A stretch of DNA of 64,000 nt from Spirochaetia bacterium (GTDB lineage: Bacteria > Spirochaetota > Spirochaetia > SZUA-6 > Bin103), in the NCBI GenBank assembly GCA_965199955.1, contig CBDATQ010000001.1:992001-1056000 (forward strand). The letters run 5' to 3'. A model generated the notes under the pieces. That model was not told the DNA's origin, ran no database searches, and saw nothing but the letters and a program-made list of their open reading frames with translations. Positions 52,414 to 61,649 of the stretch are shown here, piece after piece; the first letter of the stretch is position 1, and each line of letters opens with the position of its first letter. The position numbers and the translations under genes were made by a program.

Positions 52414-53790
52414 GTGAAGCGCGGCATCCTGCTGGCCGTCTTCGGCGTCGCGGTCGCGGCGCTGGTCGGCGCGTACCTGTTCCTGATCAACCGTCCGCCG
52501 CCGCCTCTTCCGCCGCTCCCGGACGACAACGTCAAGGTACACCAGGTTCCGGACGAGGAAATCCTGGAGATCGACCTGCGCACCCCCGACACCGGGCTGT
52601 CGCTGCGCCGGAACGAAGACGCGAGCTGGTTCGTACCCGGGCACGAAGACGCGGACCTCGACCCGAACCGGATCCTGACGATCGTGTCCATGTTCGCCCG
52701 GCTCTGGGCGCGCGACGTGATCGCCGAGAATCCGGACGACCTGTCGATCTACGGCCTTGACCGCGGCGACATCGTCGGCCGGATCAAGCTGGCCGACGGC
52801 ACCGAGCGCACCGTCACGTTCGGCGACCGCACGCCGAGCCGCAACACCGACTACATCATGATCGACGGCGATCCGCGCGTGTTCACGGTCTGGCAGAACA
52901 ACAAGAACCAGATGGCGTGGACGATCGAGGACCTGCGCGTGCGCCGCCTGCCGCGGGTGGAGACCGCCAGCGTCAATCGGCTGAAGGTGGTCAACGAGCA
53001 CGGCACCACGGAGATCGTCCGCTACTTCGAGCCGCACGGGATGCCGCACGTGATGTCGCGCGACGTCATGGTGCAGCCGTACGCCATGCAGCGCGGCGCC
53101 GATGGCGAGAAGGTCGAGGAGCTGATCAACGCCGCATCGGCCATCCGCGTGGACGAGTTCGTCGCCGACGGAGCCGACGACCCGGCCGCGTACGGGCTGG
53201 CGCCGCCGAGCATGGAGATCGTCGTCAACCACGGCCGGGGCGTCCTGCACCTGCAGTTCGGCTCGGGCTACGGCCGCGACCGGCTGTACGTGAAGCAGGC
53301 CCAGGACCCGAAGATCTACGGCATCGACGCGCGCGACGTGCAGCGCTTCATGGACGTCGTGCCGTTCGACCTGGTCAGCCGCTTCCTGGCGCTGGTCATC
53401 ATCACCGCGATCGACCTGGTGACCGTGGAGATCGGCGAAGAGTCCTATACGCTCGACGTCATTCCCGCCGCCGAGGACGGTGAGGAGGAGACCTTCACCC
53501 TGAACGGCGCCGCCATCGCGGAGGATCCCGCCAAGAAGCTGTACCAGGCGATCATCGGGCTGCTCGCGGACATCGAGCTGCCCGGCGAGGCCCCCGCGGG
53601 CGAGCCGACGATCCGCATCGGCTACGTGCTGGACCCCGGGCCGCCGGAACGTATTGACGTCGGCCTGATCCCCTACGACCAGGACTTCTACGCCGCCGAC
53701 GTCGACGGTGCCCGCGAGTTCCTGATCTCCGCACGGGAAGTCCAGCGGTTGCCGGACGCGATCCAGCTCGCTCTGACCCAGACCGAGTAG
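52414..53790 (+). CDS. DUF4340-type membrane-anchored protein
   Basis: N-terminal TM helix and two repeats with YGL motifs (LSIYGLD, PAAYGLA); typical position after GldG. Confidence 0.75.
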   Translation: MKRGILLAVFGVAVAALVGAYLFLINRPPPPLPPLPDDNVKVHQVPDEEILEIDLRTPDTGLSLRRNEDASWFVPGHEDADLDPNRILTIVSMFARLWARDVIAENPDDLSIYGLDRGDIVGRIKLADGTERTVTFGDRTPSRNTDYIMIDGDPRVFTVWQNNKNQMAWTIEDLRVRRLPRVETASVNRLKVVNEHGTTEIVRYFEPHGMPHVMSRDVMVQPYAMQRGADGEKVEELINAASAIRVDEFVADGADDPAAYGLAPPSMEIVVNHGRGVLHLQFGSGYGRDRLYVKQAQDPKIYGIDARDVQRFMDVVPFDLVSRFLALVIITAIDLVTVEIGEESYTLDVIPAAEDGEEETFTLNGAAIAEDPAKKLYQAIIGLLADIELPGEAPAGEPTIRIGYVLDPGPPERIDVGLIPYDQDFYAADVDGAREFLISAREVQRLPDAIQLALTQTE

Positions 53791-53830
53791 ATAGCCGGTC
53801 GGTCCGCGGGCGAAGAGAGCAGCCGCCGGA

Positions 53831-54495
53831 ATGATCCCCGCAACCGCGGAACTGCGCGATGCCGGCTTTCCGGCCTGCTGCGCTTCTACCGCGAGCACCT
53901 GACCGACACGTGATGCCGTTCTGGGTCGACCGGGCGATCGACCGCGAGCACGGCGGCGTTACCAACATCATCACCGATGACGGAGGGGTGACCTCGACGG
54001 AGAAGTACCTGTGGTCGCAGGGCCGGGCGCTGTTCACCTTCGCCAGCCTGTACAACGACTTCGACGGCGATCGCGCGTGGCTGGAGATGGCCGGGCCGGT
54101 CGCAGCGTTCCTGCTCCGGCACGGTCGCGACGACGCGGGCAGGTGGCACTTCGCCCTGCACCGCGACGGCAGCGTGTCGCGGCTTCCGGCCAGCGTCTAC
54201 GTCTACGTCTACGTCTACGCCGCCTACGGGCTCCGAGAGTACGAGCGCGCTACGGGTGACCGCGCCGCACTGGACGCCTCGCTGCAGACGTTGCGCCGGC
54301 TCGATCCGCTGCTGGAACGCCACGAGGAACTGCCGACGGAGCCGCACGCGATTTCTCCGCCGTTCGCCGCGCACGGCGTCTGGATGATGTTCGCGATGGT
54401 GTTCGACCACGTCGGCCGCATCGCCGGCGACGATGCGTTGTGCGCGCGGGCGGTGGAGCTTGCCGAACGCGTGTTCGCCTGGCACGTGCACCCGG
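53831..54495 (+). pseudogene. AGE-family (N-acylglucosamine 2-epimerase-like) N-terminal fragment, frameshifted
   Basis: LRFYREHLTD/HVMPFW..AIDREHGG...KYLWSQGR; apparent 1-bp deletions near 53870 and 53906; C-terminal half absent. Confidence 0.75.
54195..54218 (+). repeat. GTCTAC x4 microsatellite
   Basis: Encodes VYVYVYVY within the AGE fragment. Confidence 0.9.
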
Positions 54496-54824
54496 AGCTG
54501 GAGGACGTGCTGCGCGCGCTGGGAGCTCACCGGCGGGACATCATGCTCAAGGTCGGCATCCCGCGCGCGCTGCCGTACTTCTTCGGCTCCCTGAAGGTGG
54601 CGATCACGCTGGCGTTCGTCGGCTCGGTGATCTCCGAGACGGTGGCCGCCAATGTCGGCATCGGTCACATGCTGCCGATCGCACAGGCCAACTTCGAGGT
54701 GCCGCTGGTGTTCGCCGGCCTGTGGGCGCTGGCCGTCGAGGGAATCGGCATGTATGCCGCCTTCGCCTGGCTGGAGCGTCGTCTCACCGGCTGGGCCTTC
54801 CGCCGCGACGCGGCCAACGCCTGA
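54490..54824 (+). pseudogene. C-terminal fragment of a NitT/TauT-type ABC permease fused in frame to the AGE fragment
   Basis: PELEDVLRALGA.RRDIMLKVGIPRALPYFFGSLKVAITLAFVG EAA-loop motif; N-terminal TM helices missing. Confidence 0.78.
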
Positions 54825-54831
54825 TCGCCCG

Positions 54832-55854
54832 ATGGAGTTCCGGCAGCTCGGCACGACCGGCATCCACGCGTCGGCGCTCTGCATCGGCGTGGCGTTTCGT
54901 GGCCGTCAGCACCGCGGGCTCTCGGATGAGCACTGCATGGCCACGATCGAACGGGCGGTCGATCTGGGCATCAACTTCCTCGACTGCGCCAACGTGTACG
55001 GCCGTGGATGGAGCGAGGAGCTCCTGGGGCGGACCGTCAAGCGCCTGGGCGGGCGTGACCGGCTCGTGATCACTACCAAGGTGGGCCAGGCGATGGGCGA
55101 CGCGCCGTCCGAGCGGGGGCTGTCGCGCGAGTACATCCTGGAACAGATCGACCGGAGCCTGCACCGCCTGCAGATGGACTACTTGGACATCTACCTCATG
55201 CACCAGCCTGACGCGACCGTGCCTCTGGAGGAGTCGCTGCGGGCGATGGACGACGCGGTACGGCAGGGCAAGGCCCGGCACGTGGGCGTGAGCAACCATC
55301 ACGCGGCGGAGGTCATGGAGATGCTCTGGACGGCCGAACGCGAGGGACTGGCCGCGCCGGCGATGCTCCAGTACCAGTACAGCCTGCTGCACCGGTGGCA
55401 CACCGAGTACGACCTGGCGCCGCTGTGCGAGCGGCATGGTCTGGGACTCATGACCTACAGCCCGCTCGCCATCGGCCTGCTCACCGGAAAGGTGCGCAGA
55501 GGCCGGCCGCTGCCGGCCGAAAGCTACTGGCGCGACAGCGCCGACGCGGACCGGGTCCTGGACTACGCCGAGCCCGTGATCGCCGCCCTGGTCGACGTCG
55601 CCCGCGAGCTGGGCAAGACGCCGGCGCAGGTGGCGATCGCCTGGCTGCTGGCGAACCCGGCGCTCAGTGCGCCGATCCTGGGGCCCGACCTGCCGGAGCA
55701 CGTCGACGAGGCGGTGGGGGCGGTCGGCTGGCGCCTGCCGCCGGAGCAGAAGGCACGGCTCGACGAGGCCTCCGCAGGCGGCGGCCCGTTCGTGATGAAC
55801 GCCGCAAGCCTGCGTCCCTTACCTCGCCGGGGTCCGGCAAGCGGCCCGCGGTGA
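54832..55854 (+). CDS. Aldo/keto reductase
   Basis: MEFRQLG, DCANVYG, TKV, SLHRLQMDYLDIYLMH, YSPLAIGLL, QVAIAW. Confidence 0.9.
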   Translation: MEFRQLGTTGIHASALCIGVAFRGRQHRGLSDEHCMATIERAVDLGINFLDCANVYGRGWSEELLGRTVKRLGGRDRLVITTKVGQAMGDAPSERGLSREYILEQIDRSLHRLQMDYLDIYLMHQPDATVPLEESLRAMDDAVRQGKARHVGVSNHHAAEVMEMLWTAEREGLAAPAMLQYQYSLLHRWHTEYDLAPLCERHGLGLMTYSPLAIGLLTGKVRRGRPLPAESYWRDSADADRVLDYAEPVIAALVDVARELGKTPAQVAIAWLLANPALSAPILGPDLPEHVDEAVGAVGWRLPPEQKARLDEASAGGGPFVMNAASLRPLPRRGPASGPR

Positions 55855-56835
55855 ACTCCGGCACCTGCCGCCGCTACCGGCGCCGAGCTGCGCGCCCTGT
55901 CGGCCGTCGACCTGGCGCTGTGGGACATCCTCGGCCAGGCGACCGGCCAGCCGATCCATCGCCTGCTGGGCGGGCCGGTGCGCGAGCGGGTGCGGGTCTA
56001 CAACAGTTGCGGCCACCCGAGCTACGGCGCCGGAGCGGGCGCGCACGGCTGGCCCGGCATGGGATCGGTCGGCGAGCCCGGCCCGCTGGCCGACACCTGG
56101 GCCCTGCACGAGCCGGCCGCGCTGGCCAGGGAGCTGGCCGGGCTGGGGTACACGGCGCTGAAGGTGTGGCCGTTCGACCGCGCGGCGATCGAAGGCGGGC
56201 CGGGGCTCATCGGCGCGGCGGACATCGACGAGGCGATGGGGCCGCTGCGCGCGATGCGCGACGCCTTCGGCTGGGACCTGGAGCTGCTGGTGGACGGGCA
56301 CGCCCACTTCCAGTTCCCGGCCGCGATGCGCATCGCCGAAGCGTTGCGGGAGGTCAGCCCGCTGTGGCTGGAGGACATCCTGAAGATGGACAATATCGGC
56401 ATGCTGGCCGAGTTCCGGGGGCAGAGCCGCATGCCGATCAGCGCCAGCGAGATGCTCCTGACCCGGCCCGACTACGCGGAGGTGCTCCAGCAGCGGGCCG
56501 CCGACTACACCATGATCGACCCCACCTGGTGGGCGGCATCTCCGAGGGCAGGCGCATCGCGGACATGGCGCAGGCCTACAATCTCCCGGTAAGCACCCAC
56601 GACTGCACCGGGCCGCTGACGCTGTACGCCGGCATCCATCTCAACGCCGCGCTACCCAACTGCGTGCTGCAGGAGACGGTGCGGGCGCACATCCACACCG
56701 TGTACCCCAAGCTCATCGACGAGGTTCAACAGGTCGCCGACGGCCACGTCGCGCTGCCGGCCCGGCCTAGGCGCGTCCATCAACGAGGAGTTCTTCGACC
56801 CGAAGCGCGAGTGGTATCGGGCGAGCTCGCCGTGA
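55855..56835 (+). pseudogene. Mandelate racemase/MLE (enolase superfamily) gene, 5'-truncated with two frameshifts
   Basis: ALSAVDLALWDILG..G.PI..LLGG, LKVWP, VDGH, WLED, ASE; frame breaks near 56529 (TW/VGG) and 56765 (before GLG...SSP*). Confidence 0.82.
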
Positions 56836-57090
56836 CCGCCGGTGAGACCGGGCGGCCGCCCGACCTTCGGGCGACCCTTGCGCTGCGCTGCGGCGAGGCC
56901 ACGCTGCGCTGCCTGCGCGATGACGACGCGGAGCCGCTCGGAGCCTACTTCGCGCGTCTGTCAACGCGGACGCGGGACTTCTACGGACCGCACCGGTTCG
57001 ACCGGGAGACGGCGGACCGGCTCTGCAGGGAGACGCGCACCGACACGGAGGTCGTGCGGTTCGTGGTGACCGTGATCGACGGTGACGGCG
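56832..57090 (+). pseudogene. GNAT-like N-terminal fragment
   Basis: GTG overlaps the previous TGA; LRCL..DDAEPL..YF.RLS..TR..YGPH; fused to MlrC-like sequence. Confidence 0.5.
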
Positions 57091-57610
57091 CGCGGATCAT
57101 CGTCGGCTTCCGGATGCAGGAGTCCGACACGAAGTGGGACCACGGCCTGGAAGCAGCGCGGCTGCTCGTCGGTCGGCTGAAAGGGACGCTCACGTCCCGC
57201 ATGGCCGCCGTGTTTCCGCCGGTGGCGATCAGCATCGACAAGCAGTGCACGGACCAGCCGCCGCTCGGCGTGCTCGTGGAGCGGATCGAGGCCATCCGCG
57301 CACGGCCGGAGATCCTCGCGGCAAGCCTCTGGCTGGGGTTCCCGTACGCCGACGTGGCCGAGATGGGCTCCGCGGTAACCGTGGTCTCCGACGGGGATGC
57401 GCTGGCTGCCGAGCAGGCGGCCGGGGAGATCGCGCGGGCGCTGTGGGACATGCGGGCAGAGCTGCAGGTGGACCTGCACGGCGAGCCCCTGGCGATCGAG
57501 GGACGGGTCCTCGACGTGTTCGACGGCCGCTTCCACGAACCGGAGGCCCGGCACGGCGGCGTCCACCACTACGACCAAGGGCGCACGGCGGTCGTCGAGA
57601 GCACGACCGG
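57090..57610 (+). pseudogene. MlrC/M81 metallopeptidase pieces with internal deletions
   Basis: RIIVGFRMQESDT (cf. N-terminal QESNTF), GLEAARLL, GFPYADVAEMG, ARALWDMR, GRV..DGRF...DQGRTAVV; large intervening segments missing and no native stop. Confidence 0.7.
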
Positions 57611-57656
57611 ACGATGGATGCGGGTCATCCGGCTCCGCGCTTGCATGGTGTGGTGC

Positions 57657-59117
57657 TCACGGCTTGACCGTGCCGGAACCTCCGCCGAGGTGCGGGTAGA
57701 GGGGCTGCAGCGCTCCGCCGGCACGCTGATACGTGTCGAACAGCTCGGCGTACAGGTCGGCCAGCGAGCGGTCCGGCTCGAACTCACGCCCGGGCCGCAC
57801 CAGGGCCGCCGCCGCTGACGCCAGGTCGGCGAAGTGGCCTTCCGCGGTAAGCGCCACACAGGCGCAGCCGACCAGGTCGGCTTCCGGGTTGGCGAGTGTC
57901 CGCACCGGCACGCCGGTGACGTCGGCCTTGATCCGGTTCCAGGCGTCGTGGCGCGCGGGGCCGCCGCAGGCGGTCAGCTCCTGCACGCGGGACCCGTGCT
58001 CGGCCAGGATGGCGATGATCTGGCGGATCGCGAACCCGACCGACTCCAGCACCGCGCGCGCCATCTCGTTCCAGCCGTGCCGGAGGGTCAGCCCCAGGAA
58101 GGCGGCCGATGCCTCCGCGTTCCAGTGCGGGGTTCGTTCGCCCGACAGGTAGGGCAGGAACAGGGCGCGCCGCGCTCCGGCCGGCGCGGCGGCGCCGCGT
58201 TCCACCGCCGCGCTCACCGCCACGGGACTCGGCGATGCCGACTGCGCCAGCCAGGAAAGCGCACGGCCGCTGGCCGACGTCACGCCGCCGAGGTTGTGCA
58301 GCCCGTCGACCAGGTGTGGCAGGACGATCAGGCGCGGGTCGTCGACCGGCACGGGGCTGGCGTGGTTGATGCCCTCCGAGCTGCCGCTGCGGTCCAGGGT
58401 GCGGCCTGCACGGACCGTGGCCGACCCGATCAGCGCCATCTGGAAGTCGGCGGCGCCGGCGTACACGCGGGCGCCCGCGGCGATCCCGAACCGCTCGGCC
58501 GCCAGCCGGGTGACCGGCCCGATCTCCTCGCCGGCGACGGCGAACGGCGGGAAGCGCGCGGCGTGCAGGTCGAGCGCGGCCAGCGCCTCGTCCGACCAGT
58601 AGAACCGGTCGACGCCGTGGGCGCCGATCGCGGTGTGCGCGCAGCCGGTGAGCAGGAACACCACCCACTCCGCGCACGACAGCAGCCAGGCCGAGCGCTC
58701 GAACGTCGCCGGCCGCCAGCGCGCCAGCCACAGCGCCTTGGGCAGCGGAAAGGAGGCGTCCACGGCGATGCCGGTCCGTGCGGCCACCTCGCGCGCTTCC
58801 TGCCGGGCGCGGGCGTGCAGCCAGGTGAGCGCCGGACCGACCGGCTCGCCGGCGGCGTCGCACGGGATCAGCGTCGGCCCGTTGCCGGTGACGACGCATG
58901 CGGTCACGGCTCCGGCCGAACTCGAGAAATGCGCGATCGCCTCCTGCACGGCGCTCGACCAGACGTGCGCGTCGGTCTCCTCCCGCACCCCTTCCGCCAC
59001 CGGTGCGCGCCCGACGGTGATGCACGTGCCGGGCACGGTTGCGCCGCCCGCGTCTCGGTCGCGTGCGAACAGAGCGCACTTGACCGCGGTGGTGCCGATG
59101 TCGATCGCCAGGATCAT
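57657..59117 (-). CDS. FGGY-family carbohydrate kinase (xylulokinase-like)
   Basis: IDIGTTAVK, PKALW, FLPYLSGERTP, RAVLES, GG, KADV. Confidence 0.9.
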   Translation of the reverse strand: MILAIDIGTTAVKCALFARDRDAGGATVPGTCITVGRAPVAEGVREETDAHVWSSAVQEAIAHFSSSAGAVTACVVTGNGPTLIPCDAAGEPVGPALTWLHARARQEAREVAARTGIAVDASFPLPKALWLARWRPATFERSAWLLSCAEWVVFLLTGCAHTAIGAHGVDRFYWSDEALAALDLHAARFPPFAVAGEEIGPVTRLAAERFGIAAGARVYAGAADFQMALIGSATVRAGRTLDRSGSSEGINHASPVPVDDPRLIVLPHLVDGLHNLGGVTSASGRALSWLAQSASPSPVAVSAAVERGAAAPAGARRALFLPYLSGERTPHWNAEASAAFLGLTLRHGWNEMARAVLESVGFAIRQIIAILAEHGSRVQELTACGGPARHDAWNRIKADVTGVPVRTLANPEADLVGCACVALTAEGHFADLASAAAALVRPGREFEPDRSLADLYAELFDTYQRAGGALQPLYPHLGGGSGTVKP

Positions 59118-61216
59118 GCCGGCGGGTCCGGGGAGCGCCTCAGCAGGCGCAGGAACGCCTGTTCGTCGACGATCTCGACGCCTGCCTCCTCGGCCTTGGT
59201 CACCTTGCTGCCGCCGCCGCTGCCGGCGAGCAGGTGGGTGGTAGCGCCGGATACCGCGCCGGTCACGGTGCCGCCGCGCGCGCGGATCTCGTCCGCGGCC
59301 CGCGCCCGCGGCTTGAACGCATCGAACGAGCCGGTGATGCACCACGTCTGGCCGGCGAAGGGCTGCTTGCCGTCGCCATCCGCGCCGGCCTGATCGGACG
59401 GATCCGCTGCGAACCGCAGGCCGCGGGCGCGCAGCGCCGCGATCAGGCCGCGCGGCGTGGTCCGCCAAGTCGCCATGCGCGAGCCGGTCAGCGGGTCCGG
59501 CCGGCCGAGCTGCCGCATGATGCTCTCCGCCGTGCGCTTGCCGATGCCGTCGATGCCGGTGAACACCTCCGGGTCGCCGGCGTCGACCGCCGCGTACAGG
59601 CTGTCGATGTCCCGGAACCCCGCCTGCAGGAGCAGATCGCTCACCTTCGGCCCGAGCTCCGGCAAGCCCAGCGCCGGCAGCACGATCGCGAACGGCTTGG
59701 CCTTGCTGGCCTCGATGCCGGCTGCGAGCGCGGCCACCGACTTCTCGCCGAACCCCTCCTCGCCCAGCAGCCGCTGCGGGTCGAAGCGGTACAGTTCGGC
59801 GATGTCGCGCACCCACCCCCGGTCGGCCAGCAGGTCGATGGTTGCCGGTCCGAGCCCGGCGATGTCCATCTGGTCGCGGGCGACGAAGAACCGCAGGCGG
59901 CCGCGCACCTGGTCCGGGCACGCGGCGTTGGGGCAGAACGAGTGCGCTCCCTGCACGGTGAGGGCACTCCCGCACGACGGGCACTCGGCCGGCATGCGCC
60001 AGACCGGCTCGCCCGCCGGGTCCTTCTCCAGGACCCGCTCCACCGCCGGGATGACGTCGCCCCGTTTCGACACGGCCACGGTGTCTCCGACCGCCAGCTC
60101 CAGGCTGTCGACGTAGTCCTGGTTGTGCAGCGTGACGTTGGCGATCGTGGAGCCTGCGATCGGCACCGGATCGATGCGCGCGACTGGTGTCACCCGGCCG
60201 GTGCGGCCTACCTGGATCTCGATCGACCGCACGACGCTGATCCCCTCGGGCGCGTCGAACTTGACCGCGATCGCCCAGCGCGGATGGTGCTCGGTGGCGC
60301 CCATCGCCTCGCGCGTCGCCAGCCGGTCGACCTTCATCACCAGGCCGTCGATGTCGTAGGGAAGATCGGGACGGGCCGCGGCTCGCTCGTCCACGTACTT
60401 CGGCGCCGAAGCCGTGTCGATCACGTCGAACTCAGCCTGCCCGGCCGGAAAGCCGTCGGCGTCGTCCCGGATCACCACGGTGGCGGGGTTGATGCCGAAG
60501 CCAAGGCGGCGCAGGTGAGCCAGCAGCTCCGTATGCGTGGGCGGCGGATCGGCCATGAACCCTTCGTACACGAAGATCTCCAGCGGCACGGTGGCCACGT
60601 CGACGCTCTTCACGCGCCGCAGGCTGCCCGCCGCGAAGTTGCGGGCGTTGGCGTACGGGGTCTCGACACCGTCGTTGAGCGCCTCGAAGGCCGCGCGCCG
60701 GATGAAGATCTCGCCCCGAACCACCAGCGTCTCCGCTGCCTGGAGCCGGAGCGGCACCGTGCGGATGGTGCGCACGTTCGCGGTCACGTCGTTGCCCGAG
60801 CGGCCGTTGCCGCGGGTGACGGCGCGTTCCAGCACGCCGTCGCGGTAGTGCAGCAGGATGGAGCTGCCGTCGATCTTCTCCTCGACCACGAAGGCGGTCC
60901 CGGGGTCGGCGGCCTTGGCCTTGTCCATCCAGCGCTCGACGCCGGCCATGTCGTACGCCTTGTCCAGGCTCAGCACCGGCACCGTGTGCTCCACCTCGGG
61001 GAGATCCTGGGTCAGGTCCGAGCCGACCCGGCGGGTAGGCGAGTCCGCTCCGGCCAACTCCGGGTGCCGCCGCTCCAGCTCCAGCAGGCTGTCGAACAGG
61101 CCGTCGAACTCGGCGTCGGAAATCTCCGGACGGGCCAGCACGTGGTAGGCGTGCTCATGCCGGCGGATCTCCGCCGACAGCCGCTCGATCTCCACGGCAG
61201 CCTGGCGCTCGGTCAC
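59114..61216 (-). CDS. ligA: NAD-dependent DNA ligase
   Basis: EEKIDG, TRGNG, RGE, RNFAAGSLR, DGLVMK, VGRTG, CPSC Zn finger, HhH and BRCT; start placed at GTG 61216. Confidence 0.95.
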   Translation of the reverse strand: MTERQAAVEIERLSAEIRRHEHAYHVLARPEISDAEFDGLFDSLLELERRHPELAGADSPTRRVGSDLTQDLPEVEHTVPVLSLDKAYDMAGVERWMDKAKAADPGTAFVVEEKIDGSSILLHYRDGVLERAVTRGNGRSGNDVTANVRTIRTVPLRLQAAETLVVRGEIFIRRAAFEALNDGVETPYANARNFAAGSLRRVKSVDVATVPLEIFVYEGFMADPPPTHTELLAHLRRLGFGINPATVVIRDDADGFPAGQAEFDVIDTASAPKYVDERAAARPDLPYDIDGLVMKVDRLATREAMGATEHHPRWAIAVKFDAPEGISVVRSIEIQVGRTGRVTPVARIDPVPIAGSTIANVTLHNQDYVDSLELAVGDTVAVSKRGDVIPAVERVLEKDPAGEPVWRMPAECPSCGSALTVQGAHSFCPNAACPDQVRGRLRFFVARDQMDIAGLGPATIDLLADRGWVRDIAELYRFDPQRLLGEEGFGEKSVAALAAGIEASKAKPFAIVLPALGLPELGPKVSDLLLQAGFRDIDSLYAAVDAGDPEVFTGIDGIGKRTAESIMRQLGRPDPLTGSRMATWRTTPRGLIAALRARGLRFAADPSDQAGADGDGKQPFAGQTWCITGSFDAFKPRARAADEIRARGGTVTGAVSGATTHLLAGSGGGSKVTKAEEAGVEIVDEQAFLRLLRRSPDPPA

Positions 61217-61266
61217 GCGACAGTTATATACGGGGCGGCCTGGGATGCGGCAACCTTCGATCGGCG

Positions 61267-61616
61267 GTGCCGTGGATGGTGGATGAGCACGTCGAGCGGC
61301 TGATCGCGGAGCTGCGGCCGAAGTGCGCCGCCCTGGAGAAGTCGCCGTGGCTGGCGAAGAGATCCCCCATATCCTCCACCACGTGGACACCGCGTCCTGG
61401 ATCACCTTCATGCCCGACGATCCGAGCGTCCGGGTCGCGGGCCGATCCCGCGCCTTCAGTGAGCTCAGAGCAGCTCAGGAGGAGTGGATCGAGCGCGGGC
61501 GGCCGTCTCTGAAGTCGTTCGGGGTGGACGTGGTTTCCGCGGACGAGGCGCCGGCCGGCGGATGGCTGGATTCTCGGCGCAGTCTCACACTTAGGTACCG
61601 GCTGGATGGTCGGTAA
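61267..61616 (+). pseudogene. Probable C-terminal remnant of a RiPP-associated PIMT-like methyltransferase
   Basis: SWI....VRVAG...FSEL.AAQEEWIERGRP....FGVDV resembles the C-terminal domain of FxlM/OlvS-type enzymes; no SAM-binding domain upstream. Confidence 0.45.
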
Positions 61617-61649
61617 CGGGCCGACCGGCATCAAGTTGTCGACGGAGGC

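Noticed and set aside
49139..53790. Gliding motility machinery
   Set aside because: GldA/F/G-like ABC modules occur widely outside gliding bacteria; no gldK-N or spr genes are seen.
55852..55854. In-frame TGA between the AKR and the enolase fragment as selenocysteine or read-through
   Set aside because: The surrounding residues fit neither family, the enolase N-terminus is missing and no SECIS-like hairpin was recognised; a deletion junction is simpler.
55395..57818. 807-aa ORF in the track as a single multidomain protein
   Set aside because: Its N-terminus is an off-frame shadow of AKR and enolase sequence; the rest strings together enolase, GNAT and MlrC fragments and runs into the antisense FGGY gene.
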